From: Torpedo marmorata
Taxonomy: Eukaryota
Length of the DNA stretch: 64,000 nt
NCBI GenBank assembly: GCA_977017645.1
Contig: OZ360234.1
Span: 71,920,001-71,984,000 of the forward strand
Direction of reading: 5' to 3'
In this document: positions 13,664 to 26,545 of the stretch, in pieces
Layout: each line of letters starts with the position of its first letter
Position numbering within the stretch: position 1 is the first letter of the stretch
Position numbers and translations under genes: made by a program
Notes under the pieces: model-generated
The model's database searches: none
Told to the model about the DNA's origin: nothing
Seen by the model: the letters and a program-made list of their open reading frames with translations, nothing else

Positions 13664-13952
13664 ACATGCCATCCTCTCGCATCACTCCTGTAGTCAGAAT
13701 CACCAATGTCCACATGGCAATCAGGACCTCACATGGCATTCCAAGTGTGGTCTGATTAAGGGTTGACATTGTACGTTTAGTTTGAGGTTTCCTTGTCTAT
13801 TCTATTGGAGAGCTGTTCATTGGAATTCATCCATTGTTGAGCATATGTGGGGCTTAAATTAATTTCTATAGATTCTGAGGACACACAAAGGGTGGCACAT
13901 TCCTTAATGTCTTTGGGATATCCATTAACAAGGCATGAAAACTAACACTCAC

Positions 13953-14080
13953 GTGTCATCAAACGTTAACTTGGGTCTTCTAGGTTCTGAATGACCATTC
14001 GATATTAATGTCCAAGGATCTGCTTGCGATTGGCTGTTTTCATGGATATTACTTGACAAGCTGACATGCGATTCATTCTC
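13953..14080 (-). CDS. AFF2: AFF2 coding exon (approx. human exon 14), 128 nt, phase 0->2
   Basis: TTCTTCTTTACTGCAG|GAGAAT...GATGACAC|GTGAGT; ends in RRPKLTFDD, the AFF2-type motif preceding the C-terminal homology domain. Confidence 0.92.
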
Positions 14081-14333
14081 CTGCAGTAAAGAAGAATTTG
14101 TTATAGCAAGCGGTGTGGGAGTTCCTGTTGGTAGCAAGGTTAATGTGTAATACTTACAATATAAAGGAATATTGTGGTAATTTAATTTATACCATTGTTG
14201 TTGGTGTATCTTACCTTTCCTGTGTGGCTGCAGTAAGTAAGAATTCGGGTGCATCTGTACATTGTACTTATATCTGACAATAAACTCATATTCATAATAC
14301 ATAATAATATGGCAAACATATCTAATGATAGAG

Positions 14334-15035
14334 TGTTATGGACCATGACTGACCATTTGGACTGTGGATGGTCAGCAGGAATGATGAAGTCTTTTGGAGT
14401 ACGCACTGGGACCTGGTACTGAAAGAGTTAACTTGCCCAGGACTAGCTGTACTCAGAGAGAGAGAGACACCAGAGAGAGACAGGCTGTGGAAAGATACTT
14501 TTTTGCACTTTTGCAAAAGCAGGTGCAAACCTCTGCAAAAAGCATTCAGATTCAGTTGTTGTTTGGAGTTGCAAAGGCTGGAGAACAGAGCAAAATCCAG
14601 GCTTGTGCATCCCAGGGGAAAAGGCTGGGAGAATAGCACATGGCCTCCTGTATCAGCAAAATCCTGATTTAAATCAACTTTTGTGGAGAACAGGTGTGAG
14701 ATCAGCGAGACCGGCTGTGAGATCCAAGTCCACGCTTCAATCCAAAACTGATTTGGAGTCGCAATCCTCGTGTATCTACCAAAAGGGAAAGTCATCAGAG
14801 AAGAAAAGCAGTCCAAGCATTCATAAGCTTAAACAGTCATTGTTTCTCTCTCCAACGTTCATTAAGAAGTCCTTCTTGCCAGCACACAGAGCTGAATTTG
14901 GACCCTGAACATAGAGAGTGAATTTTTGTGGACTGTATTTTTGGGACTGACTTATTTTTATGACTGACCTGGGGGTTTTAGGGAAGGTTTTCCATTTTTA
15001 CATGAGGGTTGGGCACAGACTGTAATGGTTTGGGC

Positions 15036-15117
<82 letters not shown>

Positions 15118-15262
15118 TTAGATAAGAATAGTGTTTTATAGACGTTAATAGTGGGGTTAATTGTTGTGAAATTATATGTTTAATTGTCTTTAATAAATAT
15201 AAATTTCAATTTTACCCCTTTTGCATTGCGTCTTCTGTCGTTGCTGGTTTGAATTTGTAACA
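14334..15262 (+). mobile_element. Probable solo LTR (~930 bp) containing a (CA)n tract
   Basis: TGTTA...TAACA inverted termini, near-TSD AGAG/ACAG, AATAAA ~65 bp before the end. Confidence 0.6.
15039..15113. repeat. (CA)n microsatellite
   Basis: Perfect AC run. Confidence 0.99.
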
Positions 15263-15989
15263 ACAGCATGTCAATTAATTGGAATGAGGTTACAAACAGA
15301 TCAAACTCGATTTTATTCAATGTGAGAGCACCTTCATGCATGAAGTATCCTGTTCCTAATTCATGTGGTAGCATGGCAAGTATAGCTGCAGCTATACGCA
15401 CCTTAACATACCTCTGATTTCTGAATGGGGCAGCAGTGTGGCACCACGGTTAGACCTGCTGCCTCAACAACTCCAGTGAACCAGGAACAATCCTGACTTC
15501 GGGTGCTGTACTTGTGGAGTCTGCACCTTCGACATGTGATCTTGTGGGTTTCGCTCGATTGCTCTGATTTCCTCCCACAGCCCAAAGACATGTAGGATAC
15601 GGGGATAACTGGCCTCTGCAAATTGTCCCTAATGTGGGCAAGCGCCAGAATCTGGGGGAAGTGGATGGAAATGTGTGGAAAGGATAGGATACAGGGAAAA
15701 TTAGAGGGGGAATGGGAATGGTCTAGGAGCTAACATTGACCCATTGGGCCAAATGGTCTCATGAGGAAACATGGAAAAAAAATGTTAGAATTGTTCTCAT
15801 AAGCCTACAAATTATTGGTGTGTGGCTTTACCTCTCTAAGGGGAGTGTCGGTGGGGACAAGGTTTCAATTTAGTTGAGTGCAGAATGAAGGCTACCAGAT
15901 CTGATCTATCATTTTCACCAATTCAAACTGAAATCTCACACTGTGTAGGAGAGACCAGAGGGAACTTTTCACTGCATCTGAAGCAGCAT

Positions 15990-16525
15990 TACACCTGCCT
16001 GGAAGTACCTGGTTCATTTGTCCAGGAGTGTCTGGTCCACTTGTCCAGGAATGCCTGGTCCACCTGTCCGGGAGTGCCTGGTCCACCTGTCCGGGAATGC
16101 CTGGTCCACCAGTCTGGGAGTGCCTGGTCCACCTGTCCGGGAGTGCCTGGTCCACCAGTCTGGGAGTGCCTGGTCCAGCTGTCCAGGAATGCCTGGTCCA
16201 CCTGTCCGGGAGTGCCTGGTCCACCAGTCTGGGAGTGCCTGGTCCACCAGTCTGGGAGTGCCTGGTCCACCAGTCTGGGAGTGCCTGGTCCACCAGTCTG
16301 GGAGTACCTGGTCCACCAGTCTGGGAGTGCCTGGTCCACCAGTCTGGGAGTACCTGGTCCACCAGTCTGGGAGTGCCTGGTCCACCAGTCTGGGAGTGCC
16401 TGGTCCACCTGCCCAGGAGTGCCTGGTCCACCTGCCCAGGAATGCCTGTTCCACCTGCCCAGGAGTGCCTGGACCACCTGTCCAGGAATGCCTGGTCCAC
16501 CTGCCTGGGAGTGCCTGGTGCACCA
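15990..16525. repeat. 23-bp minisatellite GGGAGTGCCTGGTCCACCWGTCY, ~23 copies
   Basis: Visible tandem periodicity; ORFs appear on both strands. Confidence 0.97.
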
Positions 16526-16594
16526 TCATGTGTGTGCCTGAGGTGGGGTCACACTCCATTTCCCAATGTTTGCAGGCTCAGTGTGGTAAGGAGC

Positions 16595-16950
16595 AGTGAG
16601 ACAAGGAGGAGCAGCAGAATTAAGACCATTCAGCCCATCGAGTCTGCACCGCCATTTAAATTATGGTTGATGAATTTGTCCATTCAACCCCATTCTCCTG
16701 ACTTCTCCCCATAACCTTCGACACCCTTACTAAATAAACATTTAATCAACCTCTGCTTTAAATCTACCCAATCACGTGGCCTCCACAGCTGCCTGTGGCA
16801 ATGATTTCCACAGATTCACCACCCTCTGGCTGAAGATATTTCTCCTCCTCTCTATTCTAAAGGGATGTCCTTTCATTCTGAGGCTGTGCCCTCTGGTCCT
16901 CGGCTCTCCCACTTCTGGAAACATCTTCTCCATGTTCACTCTATCTAGCC
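16595..16950 (-). mobile_element. CR1-like LINE 3' fragment
   Basis: ORF 16772..17011 RTRGHSLRMKG...FSQRVVNLWKSLPQ. Confidence 0.85.
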
Positions 16951-17998
16951 CTTTGAAGCATAAACAGCAAGCAAGATCAGTTCTCCCAGGCAGAAGCAGA
17001 AGTGCGTCCACAGGTCTGCTGCAGCTCCAGATATAAAAGGTGCTTGGTGGGCAGCTGCACAGAGCAAAAGGTTACGTCTATTTATTTCAAATTCTTCTAT
17101 TCATCCACTTTAGCGACAACATTAATCTCACAATCTCAGGTAATGATGGAACTCAAAACAGTCACTATTCTGGCTATTCTGTCCTGTCAATATCATGCAT
17201 CTTTATCCCCTTCCATGGCTCTCCTTCTTTTCTCCCATTCCAGTATTCCTCCTACTTCTTCTGGACAGTTTCTATTGAATCTGATCCACCCATTCAGGCC
17301 GTGTAAATTAAATCAGTTTAATGCAGTAATTAAACGGCAGGAATTTGAGATGATCACACCATTCCAAATCATTGGATGTGCTCCTGATGGTTAAAGGTGT
17401 CAAGGGGAAGGGAGAGACAGCAGAAATAGCGTACAAAAGTCATGTGACTAACCATCATCATACTGAATGGCAAGGCAGGCTCAAAGGGCTGAATGGCCTT
17501 CTAATTTCCATGATTCTATGATTTTATAATTTGCTGACCTCCTCCAGCAGATTTTTATTTCTGCTCCAGAATCCAGCATCTGTAGTTTCTCGTGTGTACC
17601 TTGCTAATTCTTTCATTCATCCAGGACAAAGGGGAAAGGAAAAGGGAGTGTGAATAAATGGGAAGCTCCCTCAAAGGGCTAGCACGGAGCACGATGGAGC
17701 AAATGGCTTCTTTCTAAAGACACAAATGACGATGCCAGAATCTGGAACAAAGAAAACCAAAGTTCTGGAAGAACCCAGCTGAACAGGTAGCTTCCCTTCA
17801 TCAAGACTTCCTTCTGAACTGGCTTCAGTTTAGTGTCTACGCTGACAAGTCTTATCATATAAATAAGTTTCACAAGTGATTTTAAAATAAGACAAACACT
17901 ATATTAACATTAAAATAACAAAGATTAATCAATAAATATGCAAGGAATTGGATCAACAATGAATAAACAATGATTGAGTTTTTAAAGTAATAGTAGTA

Positions 17999-18219
17999 CA
18001 ATAAAATCCCTGTTATCCAGAATACAAGCAACTGGCAGACTCAAGCAACGGGCAAAAAAAAATGCGGGAAATAAATGGGTAAAAAATACGGAATTTTAAA
18101 ATTGGCGAGCCTCGCCGTTAGTTCTCCATTCACGCAACACACAGTCTCAAGCAACTGGGAAATTCACTTATCCGGCATCTACCGATCCCCGTAGGTGCCG
18201 GATACCAGGGATTTTACTC
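17999..18219. mobile_element. Tc1/mariner (pogo/Tigger-like) MITE, TA TSD
   Basis: TA|CAATAAAATCCCTGTTATCC ... GGATACCAGGGATTTTACTC|TA terminal inverted repeats. Confidence 0.8.
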
Positions 18220-18289
18220 TATTTAAAAGAGGATTTTTTTACTATCGCAGTTAGCAAACAGGAGCTCTGTGGTAAGGGAGCACCGGTTC

Positions 18290-18615
18290 ATATGAACATA
18301 AAAAATTAGGAGCAGGAGTTGGCCATCTGGCCCATCGAGCCTGCTCCACCATTCAATAAGCTCACCGCTGATCTGGTCATTGACTCAGCTCCATTTGCCC
18401 ACTTGTTCCCCATAACCCTGATTCCCCTAATATTCAATTTTTTTTTTAACTGTGCCTTAAATACATTTAATGAGGCAGAATCCACTGCTTCCTTGGGCAG
18501 AGAATTCCACAGCTTCACTGCTCTCTGGCAGAAGCAGTTTCTGCTTATCTCTGTCTTAGATCTACTCCCCCAAATCTTGAGACCATGTCCCCTAATTCTA
18601 ATTTCACCTGCCAGT
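18290..18615 (-). mobile_element. CR1-like LINE 3' fragment
   Basis: ORF 18306..18710 IRGHGLKIWG...FCQRAVKLWNSLPKE. Confidence 0.85.
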
Positions 18616-20111
18616 GGAAGTAATAATAGGATAGAAGAAGGAGGATAAAATTGTTGTATTAATTTAGACCTCAGCACAATGTAGTTCCCTGCGAGGATTC
18701 GAAGACTCAATTAACCTACTCTTGAAAGGAAAGCAGCAAATGATGCCCCATCTTTTAAAATGCTCTCTCCTCGGGCTGATGGAGGTGTGAACCAGTTCAA
18801 TGTTGGGGGACCATCTATTGCATTAAAATGGCAGAGATCAGAGTTTTGGACATATCCGGTATATATGTGAGTCAGGATTCCATGCTATCTTTCACTAGCC
18901 CATGGACAAACAAATGTTTCTGCTGAGAGTTTGATTTGAAACTTGGAATTTTCATGAGAAAAATAAAGCTTTTAATCCCTTTGTGCCAAGTTAAAAAAAA
19001 AAATCAGCTGAATTAATATTTTCTAAAGAGGTTTAAATTCCAGAGAAATTCTTTTTTCAAAAAGCATTATGCAATCTGAAAATGTACAGCTTCACCTCAT
19101 CTTGTGAATAGAATGAACAGGTTGAGGCTATTATGGTAATAGCTAGACTTTACTGAGCTGTTGCCTTAGCAACGGAATTGATTCAAGTTATGTTCAAGAT
19201 GATAGAAGAAATTGAGTCTAGTGCAGTCTTCCTAATAGCGATATGTATGAATAGTTCAAAGGTATAATCTTAATATGAAAAATTCTGTATGAAGGTGCCA
19301 AACAATTTATCAAAAACACTGCTGGGTTCTTTCTAATAAAATCAGGCCTGCTTCAAGCTAGACTTTTGCTGTGTGAAACACTATCATCGCCCCTTTTATT
19401 TTTGGAGCAGAGAATTTTCATAAACAACAGAGAAAGACATTTATTTCAATTGGCTACAGTTGTGTAAAGCCAGCTACTGGCAAAGGGCTGATCAAAAAGT
19501 AAACATCAGAAATAGTATGCAAAATGAAAAGGAAACCAATGTATATTTTTAGTGCAGCCCCATTGTCCATTAACTAGTAGATTTCATGCAATAAAGAGTT
19601 GCATTTGCATGGAGTCTTTATAGCCAATTCAGTACCTTTTTCAAGCATTGCTAACTCTGGGATGCAGGGAACATGCTAGTTAATTGATGCACAGCAAGCC
19701 TCTGCAGATAGCAATGTGTTAAACCTCTTCTGGTAATGTGCAGTGAAGGATCAATATTGAATGAGGTACTGGGAAGACCTTCTCTTCTAAAGTGTGCCGG
19801 AGGACTACCCTATCTTGAGGCAGCAGGTTTGAGAGTTCAGCATTCTGTAGGTGCTGCACGCGGAGACTGTTTATGGATGATGTTCTTCGTGAGGAAGGTA
19901 ACAAATCTCTGGAATTCCCTGTGGAGGCATTTAAAGAGGAGCAGCATCTATTTCTGAAAGATGAGGGAAATGATAGCTCCGGGTGCTCGGCATAGAAGCG
20001 GAGATGAGGCTAAGGGCAGAGCAGCTATGACCACATTGAATAAAGGAGGCAGACTTGAGGAGCATGATGGCCTTCTCCTGCTCCTATTTCCTCACATTGA
20101 GGTATTTGGAT

Positions 20112-20368
20112 TTTAAATTTAAATTTAGACATACAGCACAGTAACAGGCCCTTCCGGCCCACAAGCCCGTGCTCCAATTAAATACACCAATTAACCTACA
20201 AACCCCATACGTTTTTGGAGGGTGGGAGGAAACCAGAGTACCCAGAGGAAACCCACATTGGTCAGGGGGGAGAACGTACAAACTCCTTACAGACAGTGCC
20301 GGATTCGAACCCAGGCCCCTGGTGCTGTAATAGCATTGCGCTAACCGTTACGCTAACCGTGCCACCCG
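20112..20368 (-). mobile_element. Near full-length tRNA-derived V-SINE (HE1-like)
   Basis: Minus strand GGGTGGCACGGTTAGCGTAACGGTTAGC (A box)...GGGTTCGAATCC (B box)...V-domain...AAATTT tail. Confidence 0.85.
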
Positions 20369-20545
20369 AAACCTGCGGCTTCTGAATCAGAGATGAAAAT
20401 GTTCTTTTCGTTGAAATACACAGTGAATTGTGTTTCAGGTTGACGCCCCAAATAAATTGCCCCTTCCATTTACAGATGAACTTGCTGTTGTGTTTTTCAC
20501 CACAGTGCCTCGCCTGGCCATGGGAAAGTGAGAACAAGAACTCAC

Positions 20546-20762
20546 GGTGGGGATTTTCGCGTGCGACGAGGGTCTGCTGTCGGGTCTGCGGTGCTTGTAC
20601 TGGATGGAGGGCTGTGAGGCACTGGTTGGTAGGGAGCTGCTGTTGTTCTCCTGGCTGAGAGAGCTGCTGTCGCTGTTTCGTTGTTTGGACTCAGGTTCAT
20701 CCGGCAGTGGCGAGAGTGGAGGCGGGAACTTCCTCTCTCTTTTCGTCAAGTGCTTCGTTAAC
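20546..20762 (-). CDS. AFF2: AFF2 coding exon (approx. human exon 13), 217 nt, phase 2->0
   Basis: TTCTTTCTTTTCCTAG|GTTAACG...CCCACC|GTGAGT; LTKHLTKRERKFPPPLSPLPDEPE...SHAKIPT, with the AFF-like PLSPL motif. Confidence 0.88.
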
Positions 20763-21949
20763 CTAGGAAAAGAAAGAATGAATGGTCCAGGAGGCTGGGG
20801 ATGCAAAACATTTCAGTCAGCCTTTCCTTCCCCTCATGACAAGGGAGGAGATTCGGCCCATCGGAGCTCTGCTCTCCATCTCAGATCTCTACATTTTGCT
20901 CCCTCCCACCCACGTCAACGGTAACTGACTCAAACCAGTTAGCTCAGCAATCATTGGGACGTGGGGGGAAGCCAGAGCACCTGAAGGAAACCCCCATGGC
21001 CACAGGGATCATGTCCAAACTCCGCACGGACAATACCGCAGGTCAGGAATGAACCTGGAGGTGTGTAGCAACAGCTCAAAGAGACAAGGCAACATGCCCG
21101 TTCAGCCATCGTCCACAATCATCCATTACCACTCTAACATTAATCCCATTTAATTTTAATTAAAAACACAGAACACAGACAGTACAGCAAAGGAACAGGC
21201 CCTTCCGCCCACATGTCTGTGCTGAACATGATGCCCAAATCAAACTAAAATTCTGAACATTGTACATGATCCACATCCCTCCATCCTCTTCTATCCAGAA
21301 GCCTCTAACATGCGACTATAGTATCTGCTTCCACCACCACTCCTGGCAGCCTGTTCCAGGAACCCACAACTTTGTGTAAAATATTTTCCCTGCAAGTCTC
21401 CTTTAATCTCCACCCCCATCCCTCACCTTAAATTCATGTCCTCTTGTGTGTGATACTTCTACCCTGGGAAAAAAGATTCTGATTGTCTGCCCTATCAATG
21501 CCTCTCATGATTTTATAAACTCCTGCTCTCCTCACATTTTGTCCCTCTAGATTCTACCATTTGCATACACAAGAGGGGCAAGTTATAATGGTCAATTCAG
21601 CTACTAGCTACTAGCTAGCATGTTGTGGGGATGTGGGAGGAAACCAGATCTACTGGAGGAAACCCATGCTGCTGCTGTGAGAGCATGCAAACTCCACACA
21701 GACAGCACCCGAGATCAGGAGTGAACCCTCTGCACAATTGTGCTGCCAAGTTGTCCATCTAATGAAATGTTATGTAATATATACTTTTTCCGGGCATGTG
21801 AACATTTCTGGCAAAGCCAAAATATATTGTCCATCTCTAACTTCCTTGATCTGAGTACCTTGCTGGGCTATTTCAAGGTTGCACCTTTGATGGGTCTGAC
21901 TCCACTTGTAGGCCAGGATATCAGATTTTATTTCCTTAAGAACATTAGG

Positions 21950-22565
21950 CCATAAGACCATGAGACATTGGAGCAGAAATAGTCTATTCAGCCCATCGAG
22001 TCTGCCCCACCATTTAATCATGAACTGATCCATTCTCCCAGTCAGCCCCACTGCCCGGCCTTCTCCCCATAATCTTTGATGCCCTGGCTAATCAAGACCC
22101 TGTCAATCTCTGCCTTAAATACACCCAATGACTTGGCCTCCACAACCGCATGTGGCAACAAATTCCACAGATTTATCACCCTCTTTCTAAACAAATTCCT
22201 TTGTATCTCTGTTCTAAGCAGACACCCTTCAATCCTGAAGTTGTGCCCTCTTATCCTAGATTCTCCCACCATGGGAAACAACCTTTCTACATCTACTCTG
22301 TCCATGCCTTTCAACATTCAAAATGTTTCAATGAGATCCCCCCCACTCATTCTTCCAAATTCCAACGAATACATGCCAAGAGCTGTCGAACATATGATAA
22401 CCTTTTATTCCCGGAATTATCCTTCTGAACCTCTCTGAACCCTCTCCAACGTCAGTACATCCTTTCTTAAAATGGGGAACTCAAAACTGCTCACAAAACT
22501 CCAATTGAATTCTCACCAGTGCTGTATGAAGCCTGAACATCACATCTCTGCTCTTGTATTATGGG
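21950..22565 (-). mobile_element. CR1-like LINE 3' fragment, apparently inserted in an older SINE remnant (~21790-22720)
   Basis: ORF 22042..22317 RIRGHNFRIEG...RVINLWNLLP; the flanks resemble the two halves of the element seen at 62270-62580. Confidence 0.8.
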
Positions 22566-23242
22566 TGGGTGGGTGGGGGGGGGGGGCAGGGGTTATGGCA
22601 TTTCAGTTGTCACCACTTCACATACCAACTTTTTAATCCATTCATTAAATTATTTGGATTTTTTTCCACATCTGCTGTGTTGGGATTGAAACTGATTAAC
22701 CAGTAACTTTACCAACAGACATCCAATACCAATATGTCCCTGAAATGTATGTACATGACCTATTTAGTCCCATCCCACACTGCGTTCAGTTTGCCTTTAA
22801 ATCTTAGCCCTTTCTATGGGCGTGGGCTCAAGATAATACTTGTTACGGAAACTTCTATTGCCACGAATAAATGTTGCATTAAAGTCATTGCAAAATTTAA
22901 TTATTAGATCACTTTATTGGTGAACAGTTCATTTGTAAATAACTTTCTGAAGCAAGTCCTAATGATTTTAATTAATTTTTCACATAAAATGTAATTTTTT
23001 AATACCATTGCGTAATTATTTTAGTCATTGCTGGTTGGAATATAAACATTTCTTTACATAAGCCTACATGGGAGTTTATTGTACAGAAACAGGCCATTTA
23101 GCCAAAAATAGACTCATGTCAGTGTACTCATCCACTCAGCTGTCTTCCCCTTCCTCTTTATCTCAATCTGTCAGCAAAATCTCATCTCCATTCCCTCCCG
23201 TATTTTTTCAATGTCCCCTTAAATCCATCTCTGCTCATCAAA

Positions 23243-23641
23243 AGCCCCTTTTACAAAGCCACTTCAATGCGGGAATATTGCGCCTTTATTGCGCCACGCC
23301 TTCTGTGTAAAAGGTACGAACACGGAATGGGGGGGTCATTGCAGTCCCGCCTTTAAGCTGACAGCAGAGGTAGTCGCAGCGCCGAATCGACGTCTGTGTA
23401 AAAAGGGCGATCCGGCAAGCCGGGACCAGGACGGGAAAGGATGTATATGTGTATTTTATATGTCACACTTGATGCCACAAGTCCCGCCCCTTTTGCTCCC
23501 GGAATGCCGGCTTGCTGTGTAAAATGACACACTGGCCCAGCATTATGCCGACGTTGTTTGGTTCAGTGCAAACAAGCAAAGCCGGCTTAATGACGGGTCT
23601 TCTTTACGGCAGTATTTTGGGATCTCTGTGTAAAAAGGGCT
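23243..23641. mobile_element. CpG-rich MITE, PIF/Harbinger-like termini
   Basis: AGCCCCTTTTACAAAG ... CTGTGTAAAAAGGGCT inverted ends; internal CTGTGTAAAA repeated at ~23303, 23394 and 23515. Confidence 0.65.
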
Positions 23642-24249
23642 TTAGCTTCAGTGGGAGCCAGTTCCCCCTTCTCCCCACCCACTATCCCTTTATATCTATG
23701 GCCCCCAATTTTGATACACAGGCACAAACACATTCTCGGCATGTAACCCATCGGGACACAAACATTCTCGTCAAGCGGCAACCATCTGGTTGATTGGCTG
23801 ATGATGAGGGTTGAGGGAGAGAAAGTGCAAAAAGAGGGGAATGTAAAAGCTGTGAAATGCAGAGCTGCAGGAAGAGTCCAGCAAGTCTGGCTGCAGGTGT
23901 GGAGAGAGTAAAACAGCCAAATATTAGGGATGGGTAATCTGCAGCAGAATTTACGGAAGCTCCACTTGTCATATGCAGCACAGAAACAGGGTTTTCAGCC
24001 CATCAAATCCACACTAACCATCAAGAATCCAATAATCAATCGTTATGAAGATTGTGTTCCAACAAACAAACATTGGATGATTTTTTTCTGTCAGCAGCAA
24101 GCCACTTACATTTGTTATGACCTAAGTATTATCATCTTAAAACCAACACGACACAATGCCTTTCGTTTTGAAGGACTTCGAGGAAATTTGGGATGCCATG
24201 GAGTACTCCATCGAAATCCTGCAGGTGTACTGTGCAAAGTGTACTGCAT

Positions 24250-24655
24250 ATGGCAGGGATCTCCCAGTGACCACCCATTTCAATTCCCCATCTCAATCCC
24301 TTGCTAACATGTCTGTCCATGCACTACCAGAATGAGACCACCCGCAAACTGGAGGAACCACACCTCATATTCTGTCTGGGCACCCTCCAACTGGATGGCA
24401 TTATCATCGACCTCTGGTTTCCGTTAGACACACCCCCCCCCCACCCCTCCATCTTTCCCCATGTCTGCTGTCCTCGAGCTCCGTCTCTCTTTCTCTTCCC
24501 TTTTCCCACTGTCTCCTTTCACAGAGCCAAAATCAATTCTCACCTTTCCTCTCTCATGTCCTCTTAACATATCCGATTAACACCTTTCGTCTGTTGACCT
24601 GCCCTCCTTCCCATCCCATTCTTCCCTTTTTCCCCAGCCGTTGAATACAGACACT
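24250..24655 (+). mobile_element. Penelope-like element fragment (GIY-YIG endonuclease C-terminus plus 3' region)
   Basis: ORF 24301..24567 TRKLEEPHLIFCLGTLQLDGIIID; homologous to 30697-31415 and ~50990-51240. Confidence 0.7.
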
Positions 24656-24807
24656 TGTATCTCCTTTAAAGTGGTTGTATCAGCCTGGTTCGGAAACTTG
24701 AAAGCCCAGGAATGCAGAAGGCTGTTGTGTATCATGTGATGTTTTGAAGTCAAATGTTAAGTTCATAAAGAGGGCAGGATCAGGTTATAAATTTGAAGGG
24801 TGCTTAC

Positions 24808-24932
24808 TCTTTGCTGCTCAAAATCTTGTGGCTGGAACCAGCTGAACAGCTGGCAGGGAGCAGCATTGGGGCTGTGGATTCCTTCTCCATGTGCTGCTTC
24901 TTGAGTTCACAAAGACCTTCTGTGTTCTCCGT
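24808..24932 (-). CDS. AFF2: AFF2 coding exon (approx. human exon 12), 125 nt, phase 0->2
   Basis: TTCTGCTCCTTTCCACAG|ACGGAG...AGCAAAGA|GTAAGC; TENTEGLCELKKQHMEKESTAPMLLPASCSAGSSHKILSSK(E). Supplies exactly the phase needed between the neighbouring exons. Not in the ORF track. Confidence 0.85.
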
Positions 24933-25429
24933 CTGTGGAAAGGAGCAGAACATCAGAACAGAAGGAGGCCATTCTGCCCCTCGAGCTCTTCCTGGCTTTC
25001 TAATAGATCATAGTGAAGGGCCCGAACTGAGAAATGAACCTTGGAACATTGCGGCTGAATTGCAAAGAAAGCAGATAAAATTGCCATCAGTTAATATTTA
25101 CTTTCCTTAATTTACAAAATTAATAGGTATTCTTGTTTCTGGGGAAACCTGCACAAGCATTGTTTATACTTTCACTAAGGCATTTAAATCAAGTTATAAC
25201 ATCACTTCCATGGAGGAGTTTACCTTAGAAAGATTCCTTTTTTCCCTAGTACATGCTCATGGGTGCAATGTTTTTCATTGGACCAGGAGGACTGGTTTGG
25301 TGGGCGGTGTCTGCTGCAGATTGGAGATCTGGGATTGACTGGGCAGTTGGCAAGCTCTACCAGAAGTTCAATGAGAGGCTGGAGACCCCCAGAAGCAGCA
25401 ATTAGGGATAGCAGAGTATGCTTGGCGTG

Positions 25430-25672
25430 GCCAAGAGGGGAAACAGGGAATCCTGGGAGTGGCCAAAAGGGAGAGCCGAGAACCCTGGGAGTGGCTGAGA
25501 GAAAGAACAGAGAACCCTAGGAGTGGCTGAGTGGGAGAGCAAAGAACCCTGGGAGTGTCTGAGAGGGGGAGAAGAGACCCCTGGGAGAAGCAGGGAACCC
25601 TGCAAATGGCCAAAAGCAAGAGCAGAGAAACCTGGGAGTGGCCGAGAGGAGGAGCAGAGAACCTTGGGAGTG
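25430..25672. repeat. Degenerate ~32-bp purine-rich minisatellite (…AGAACCCTGGGAGTGGC…), ~7 copies
   Basis: CCTGGGAGT-like core recurs at ~25452, 25484, 25516, 25548 and 25580. Confidence 0.85.
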
Positions 25673-25846
25673 TTTTAATCTTAGCTGATCTGTGACCCTC
25701 CTCAAACCCACATTCCACACACCTTGGGTTCACAAATGTCACCAAATGCATTTTTACAACCAACCTAATGCAGCAACAGACAGAGTTGATTGGCAGAGGC
25801 TGTAAGGTCACCCCTCAGCATGTACCTGTGTTGTATGTTGTATTGC

Positions 25847-26080
25847 TGTGGTAAACCACTATGTATAGTTTGTGGCTGGGTGATATGTCTGGACATGCCC
25901 TCTGCTGACTGTCCCGGTGGCTCCTCCCACAGACCCCCTGAATAAAGGCCATTGTGCCACCACTCCTCCCCCAGTCTGGGACAGATTACCAGCAGGGATA
26001 TGACTCCATTCTTTTGCTAATAAAAGCCTTTCAGTTCTAGTATATCGTCTAGTCTTTTGAAGTTATTGATGGGCTCATCA
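25847..26080 (+). mobile_element. Solo LTR (234 bp) with perfect 5-bp TSD
   Basis: ATTGC|TGTGGT...CATCA|ATTGC; AATAAA at ~26020. Confidence 0.8.
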
Positions 26081-26409
26081 ATTGCCTTGCTGTTGGATTC
26101 ACAGGTTGGCATCAACAACTTAAGATTCAACATGTAAAAGTTTGTCTGCTGTCTTCTAAATAATTATCTTTCTCGTGTGTGTATCTTTGTATGCTTCAGT
26201 GAATGCTGAAGATATTTCAGCTTGGTGATGATGATAAAGCAGCTCGAAGAAATTTTAGAGAAATTTTCTTCAATCAAGCACATGCTTGCTGAATTTACTT
26301 GTGCATGCAAGGGACACAAAGTACAGAACTAACTGCTCACTGGAACTTTGGGGTATGATCCCTGTGCTTAACTCCACAGATGGGGTGAGTACTCAGACGC
26401 CTGCGTCAG

Positions 26410-26545
26410 TATTCAGACGCCTGCCTGCCTTTTGCTTATACTTTGAAGAAGGGCTCAGGCCCGAAATGTTGGTAATATATCTTTACCTCCTTTGGACGCT
26501 GCTAGACTGGCTGAGTTCCTCCAGCATTTCTGTGTGTTGTTAATA
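26410..26545 (+). mobile_element. Short Penelope-derived element with hammerhead-like motif
   Basis: TTGAAGAAGGGCTCAGGCCCGAAATGTTGGT followed by the shared GCTGAGTTCCTCCAGCATTT tail. Confidence 0.7.

Noticed and set aside
15885-16714. Six overlapping 160-230-aa ORFs with collagen-like GPP/GVP words
   Set aside because: A 23-bp minisatellite open on both strands; no sustained Gly-X-Y pattern and no convincing splice context.
22563-22592. G-quadruplex-like G run
   Set aside because: Short low-complexity tract at a LINE junction on the strand opposite the transcript; nothing supports a function.
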